From positions 1,834,889-1,898,888 of the forward strand of contig CAWJGJ010000001.1 in NCBI GenBank assembly GCA_963842395.1: a stretch of 64,000 bases of DNA, in the 5' to 3' direction. The notes below the pieces were generated by a model. The model was not told the DNA's origin and ran no database searches. It saw only the letters and a program-made list of their open reading frames with translations. Position 1 is the stretch's first letter. Every line of letters begins with the position of its first letter. The translations under genes and the position numbers were made by a program. The stretch is from an uncultured Acidimicrobiales bacterium. Its GTDB lineage: Bacteria; Actinomycetota; Acidimicrobiia; Acidimicrobiales; VFJN01. Below, piece after piece: positions 60,752-64,000 of the stretch.

Positions 60752-62587
60752 CTAGGTCTGTTGGGTGATGCGGACGTCGTCGACGCCGGCCTCGACGAGG
60801 CTGGCGGTCGCGGCGTCCGTGGCCTCGATCAGCAGGCGGACGGACTGGCCGCGGTACGTCGACAGGTCCACCGTCGCCGTGCCCCAGGTGCCGGCTCGAT
60901 TGCTGGCGGCGCCGAGCTGCTGGAACACCGTGGTCGTGGTGGTCCCCGCCACCACCCGGATGCGGAAGGCGTCGGCAGTGGACGAGTTGTTGAGGTGGGC
61001 CAGATACCACCGGGCCGACAGCGTGAGCGTGCCGGTCCCCGGCAGCGTGATGACCGGCGAGCGGACGCTCGTCAGGCCGCCGTCGACGTCGTTGGCGCCG
61101 GCGCTCGCCCCGGCCGTGGCGCCGGTGACCAGGTCGTTCGCGCCGCTGGTCGTGGTGCCCAGCTGCAGTGCCACGCCGGAGCTGGTGGCGGCCGGGTCGG
61201 CGCGCTGCCACGCCCCGCTGGTGGCCGTGTCGGTGGCGGTCGGGTTGGTCACCCAGCCGGTCGCCGCCTCGAAGTCGTCGGCGTACACGGTGGTCGGCGG
61301 GTTCCCGGTGCCGCAGGTGCCGCCGATGATCCGGTACGGGCAGTCGGCGAAGTCGATGAACGTGCGGACGGCGGCATCGTTGCGGGACGTCTCCCGGGTG
61401 ATGAAGGCGTCGTCGGGGTAGAAGCCGCCCTGGCCCGACTCGGGGAACATCTCGAACGTGTAGCTGAAGATGCGGTGCTGGCCCCACATCCAGTCGCCGA
61501 TCGAGCCGTCGGTGATGTACAGGTCGCTGGCCTGCTGGGGCGTGTAGCCGTTGGTGTTCGCCATGGAGGTGCCGAGAGCGGCGAACGCCTGGCGGTCGGT
61601 GGCGTTCAGTCCCGGCGCGGTGTCCGCGAACGTGTAGCCGAAGGGCCAGAGCACGAGCTCGCCGTAGGTGTGCCAGTCGATGTGCGAGGTGATGCGCTGG
61701 ACGCCGCCGATCACCCGCGAGTCCACGAAGCGCGCTACGACCCGCACCTCGGGGGCGGACTCCGGCGACGGGCCGCGGTATGTCTCGCTCGACGTCGAGC
61801 CCGAGGAGCCGCCGCAGCACCCCCAGTTGAAGGCCCAGTTGCGGTTGAGGTCGGTGCCGATCGCGGAGGACCCCGCGTTGGGCTGCCGGTTCTTGCGCCA
61901 CGAGCGGAACCCGGTGGTCGTCTTGTCGTACTCGCTGCCGTCGGGGTTGACGTTGGGGACGATCCAGATGACCCGGCTGTTCACCGCCTGGGTGACCTGC
62001 GGGTCGGTGCCGTAGCCGTCGGTGTAGGTGCGGAGGATCCGCAGCGCCATCTCGACCGTCAACACCTCGCGGGCGTGCTGGGAGGCGGTGAAGAGGACCT
62101 CCGGCTCGCCCTCCTCGGCGGCCACGTTGTCGCTGATCCTGAGGGCGACGATCTCGCGGCCCTGGTGCGAGGTGCCGATCACCCGCCGCTGCAGGATGGT
62201 CGGGTGATCCGCCACCGCCTGCGCGATCTCCGCGTTCATCTCGGCGAAGTCGTGGTACAGCTCGAAGCCGGGCGGCAGGACCAGGGCGGTGACCTCGTCC
62301 AGCGGCTCGACGGCGTAGCCGAGGGCGGCGATGGCCCGAGCCTCGCGGGGTGTGGCGGTCACCACCACGCCGTCGTCCTGCACCTCGTCGATGGCGGCGC
62401 CGGTGCGGGCCACGGCGGACCGCTGGCGGGCCGTGACCGGCCCGGCCACGTCGTAGCGGTCCGACGGCGACGGCTCAGGGTCGGGCGTCTGCGCTCCCGT
62501 CGGTTCGACGAGCGAGCCGGCCATCAGTGCAACCGCGGCCAGCGCGGCGATGAAGACGTGTCGTCTCACGACCATCCTCCAAACCAT
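60752..62587 (-). CDS. secreted M14 zinc carboxypeptidase with C-terminal accessory domain
   Basis: Signal peptide. Zn motif SQHAREVLTVE, NPDGSEY, WRKNR and HTYGELVLWPFGY. About 190 aa of Thr/Gly-rich beta-type C-terminal domain. The start is ambiguous (62569-62587). Confidence 0.8.
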   Translation of the reverse strand: MVWRMVVRRHVFIAALAAVALMAGSLVEPTGAQTPDPEPSPSDRYDVAGPVTARQRSAVARTGAAIDEVQDDGVVVTATPREARAIAALGYAVEPLDEVTALVLPPGFELYHDFAEMNAEIAQAVADHPTILQRRVIGTSHQGREIVALRISDNVAAEEGEPEVLFTASQHAREVLTVEMALRILRTYTDGYGTDPQVTQAVNSRVIWIVPNVNPDGSEYDKTTTGFRSWRKNRQPNAGSSAIGTDLNRNWAFNWGCCGGSSGSTSSETYRGPSPESAPEVRVVARFVDSRVIGGVQRITSHIDWHTYGELVLWPFGYTFADTAPGLNATDRQAFAALGTSMANTNGYTPQQASDLYITDGSIGDWMWGQHRIFSYTFEMFPESGQGGFYPDDAFITRETSRNDAAVRTFIDFADCPYRIIGGTCGTGNPPTTVYADDFEAATGWVTNPTATDTATSGAWQRADPAATSSGVALQLGTTTSGANDLVTGATAGASAGANDVDGGLTSVRSPVITLPGTGTLTLSARWYLAHLNNSSTADAFRIRVVAGTTTTTVFQQLGAASNRAGTWGTATVDLSTYRGQSVRLLIEATDAATASLVEAGVDDVRITQQT

Positions 62588-62756
62588 CGACTTGCCCAGT
62601 GGGCTCGCCCGCTACCGGCGATCGTAGGGAATACAGCGCCGCTCTGCCCGCGAAACGTACGGACCTACCTACAAAGCGAGGTCAGAGGGCCCAATCCGCC
62701 GGTCGACCAGACAGCGACGCGCATCGGTGTCGGGCTCACGTACTCCATCCCCGCGA

Positions 62757-64000
62757 TCACCGGGTCTTGCCGGTCACCGACTTCGACATCTCGCCGATGT
62801 TGAGGGCCTCGGCCTCGACGCGGCCCCGGCCCATCGAGCGGACCGCGATGTCGTGGCCCTCGGCCCGCCTCCGGAGCGCGGCCACCGTCGCGTCCTCCCG
62901 GGGAACGTGGGGGAACGGGTCGTAGCCGAACCAGCGCATCGCCGTGCGGTGGGTGATGTTGTCGACGTCGCGCTCCCCGAGGCCGGCGGCGGTGATGTCG
63001 CGGGCGAGGTCCTCGGGCCCTGTGGGCCACGACGAATCGGAGTGGGGGTAGTCCATCTCCCAGGCGACGTTCTCCGAGCCGATCCGATCGACCAGCTGTA
63101 CGCCCACCGGATCGGAGATGAAGCACAGCAGGACGTTGCGGAGGAATCGCTCGGTGGGGGTCAGGTCGCCGAGATCCTGGCCGGTCCAGTGGTGGTGCAT
63201 GTCGTAGGTGCGCTCGATGCGGTCGAGGAAGTACGGCACCCATCCGATGCCCCCCTCGGACAGCGCGATCTTGATGTCCGGGAACTCCTTCAGCACCCGG
63301 CTCCACACCAGATCGGCGGCGGCCTGCACGATGGTCATGGGTTGCAGGGTGATCAGGACGTCGACGGGGGCATCGGGCGTGGTCATCGCCAACTTCGACG
63401 ACGAACCGATGTGCATGCAGATCACCGTCCCGCGCTCCTCGGCGGCGCGCCAGAACGGGTCCCAGTACGGGTCGTGGAGCGACGGCGCGTCGAGCGGCGC
63501 CGGGTTCTCCGGGAAGGTGATGGCGTGACAGCCCATGTCCGCCAGTCGATGCACCTCGGCGGCCGTCTGCTCGGCGCTCCAGATCATGGGCAGGCCGAGC
63601 GGGATGAACCGGCCGGGATGCCTGCCGCACCACTCGTGGACGTGCCAGTCGTTGTAGGCCCTCACCATGGCGGCGGCGATGTCGTCGTCCCTGGCCGAGG
63701 CGAAGACGCGACCGGCGAAGCCCGGCATCGAGGGGAAGCACAGCGAACCCAGGACGCCCCCGGCGTTCATGTCCTTGATGCGCTCGTCGACGTCCCAACA
63801 GCCCTGGCGCATCTCGTCGAGGCGGGTCGGCTCGATGCCGTACTCCTCCCTCGGCCGACCAGCGACGGCGTTGAGGCCGACGTTGGTGATCTCGTGCTCG
63901 TAGTAGTACCAGGCGAGTGTGCCGTCCTCGCGCTCCCTCAACTTCGGCGCGAACTCCTGGTACTTCGCGGGCAGATGCTTCTCGAACACGTCCGGCGGCT
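62757..64000 (-). CDS. amidohydrolase-2 family metallo-enzyme (N-terminus probably beyond the window edge)
   Basis: Motifs CMHIGSS and WEMDYPHSDSSWP. The reading frame is still open at position 64000. Confidence 0.75.
   Translation of the reverse strand, partial: PPDVFEKHLPAKYQEFAPKLREREDGTLAWYYYEHEITNVGLNAVAGRPREEYGIEPTRLDEMRQGCWDVDERIKDMNAGGVLGSLCFPSMPGFAGRVFASARDDDIAAAMVRAYNDWHVHEWCGRHPGRFIPLGLPMIWSAEQTAAEVHRLADMGCHAITFPENPAPLDAPSLHDPYWDPFWRAAEERGTVICMHIGSSSKLAMTTPDAPVDVLITLQPMTIVQAAADLVWSRVLKEFPDIKIALSEGGIGWVPYFLDRIERTYDMHHHWTGQDLGDLTPTERFLRNVLLCFISDPVGVQLVDRIGSENVAWEMDYPHSDSSWPTGPEDLARDITAAGLGERDVDNITHRTAMRWFGYDPFPHVPREDATVAALRRRAEGHDIAVRSMGRGRVEAEALNIGEMSKSVTGKTR

Noticed and set aside
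62630-62690. Eighth copy of the AT-rich box upstream of the carboxypeptidase gene (GGACCTACCTACAAAGCG)
   Set aside because: It shares only the ACCTA part and an A-rich tail and lacks the TTTGTT core. The similarity is too weak to count.
1-64000. rRNA, tRNA or tmRNA genes and mobile elements
   Set aside because: I found no stretch with tRNA-like T-loop/acceptor features or rRNA-like conservation in the intergenic regions. There are no transposase, integrase or recombinase ORFs and no terminal inverted repeats around the ars island. The scan was by eye only and is not exhaustive.

Overview
This is a very GC-rich chromosomal segment (above 70% by eye, not computed). Its gene content looks actinobacterial (possibly Acidimicrobiia-like; that placement is inference only). 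I found no rRNA, tRNA, CRISPR array, transposase or integrase. About 60 protein genes are supportable.

Layout:
- 0-19 kb: transport, regulatory and secreted-protein genes. These include an MFS transporter, a MetE-like protein, an RnfD-like/FG-GAP fusion, a DGPF + ECF42-type sigma module, two PQQ-like propellers and a frameshifted AfsR/SARP regulator.
- 19-42 kb: a catabolic island. It holds four of the window's five amidohydrolase-2 paralogues (the fifth is at 62.8 kb), an ADC-family gene, two SDRs, an acyl-CoA ligase, an enoyl-CoA hydratase, two P450s with a ferredoxin, four TetR genes, two ECF sigma genes and a NorD/NorQ-like pair.
- 42.2-45.1 kb: an ars island that uses an aquaglyceroporin instead of ArsB/Acr3.
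- 45.2-46.4 kb: an AveC-like membrane protein.
- 46.7-58.9 kb: a two-component system followed by a complete monoderm-type Tad/Flp pilus locus.
- 59-64 kb: hydrolases and a peptidase.

Best candidates for something new:
1. A KaiC/DnaB_C-like RecA-superfamily ATPase sits between tadC and the prepilin peptidase. It may be an ArlH/FlaH analogue in a bacterial Tad machine. The same locus has a secreted-VWA::TadB fusion.
2. A NorD/NorQ (CbbO/CbbQ)-type VWA + AAA+ pair has no NOR or RuBisCO nearby and lies among metallo-amidohydrolases.
3. A ~15-nt AT-rich box recurs at least 6 times next to catabolic gene starts.
4. An ECF sigma factor is fused in frame to a VOC/glyoxalase domain.
5. An RnfD/NqrB-like membrane domain is fused to a CRTAC1-type FG-GAP ectodomain.

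Three genes carry single-base frameshifts. Two of these fall in C/G homopolymer runs, so they may be assembly errors rather than true pseudogenes.

All family calls rest on motif recognition by eye. No searches were run.
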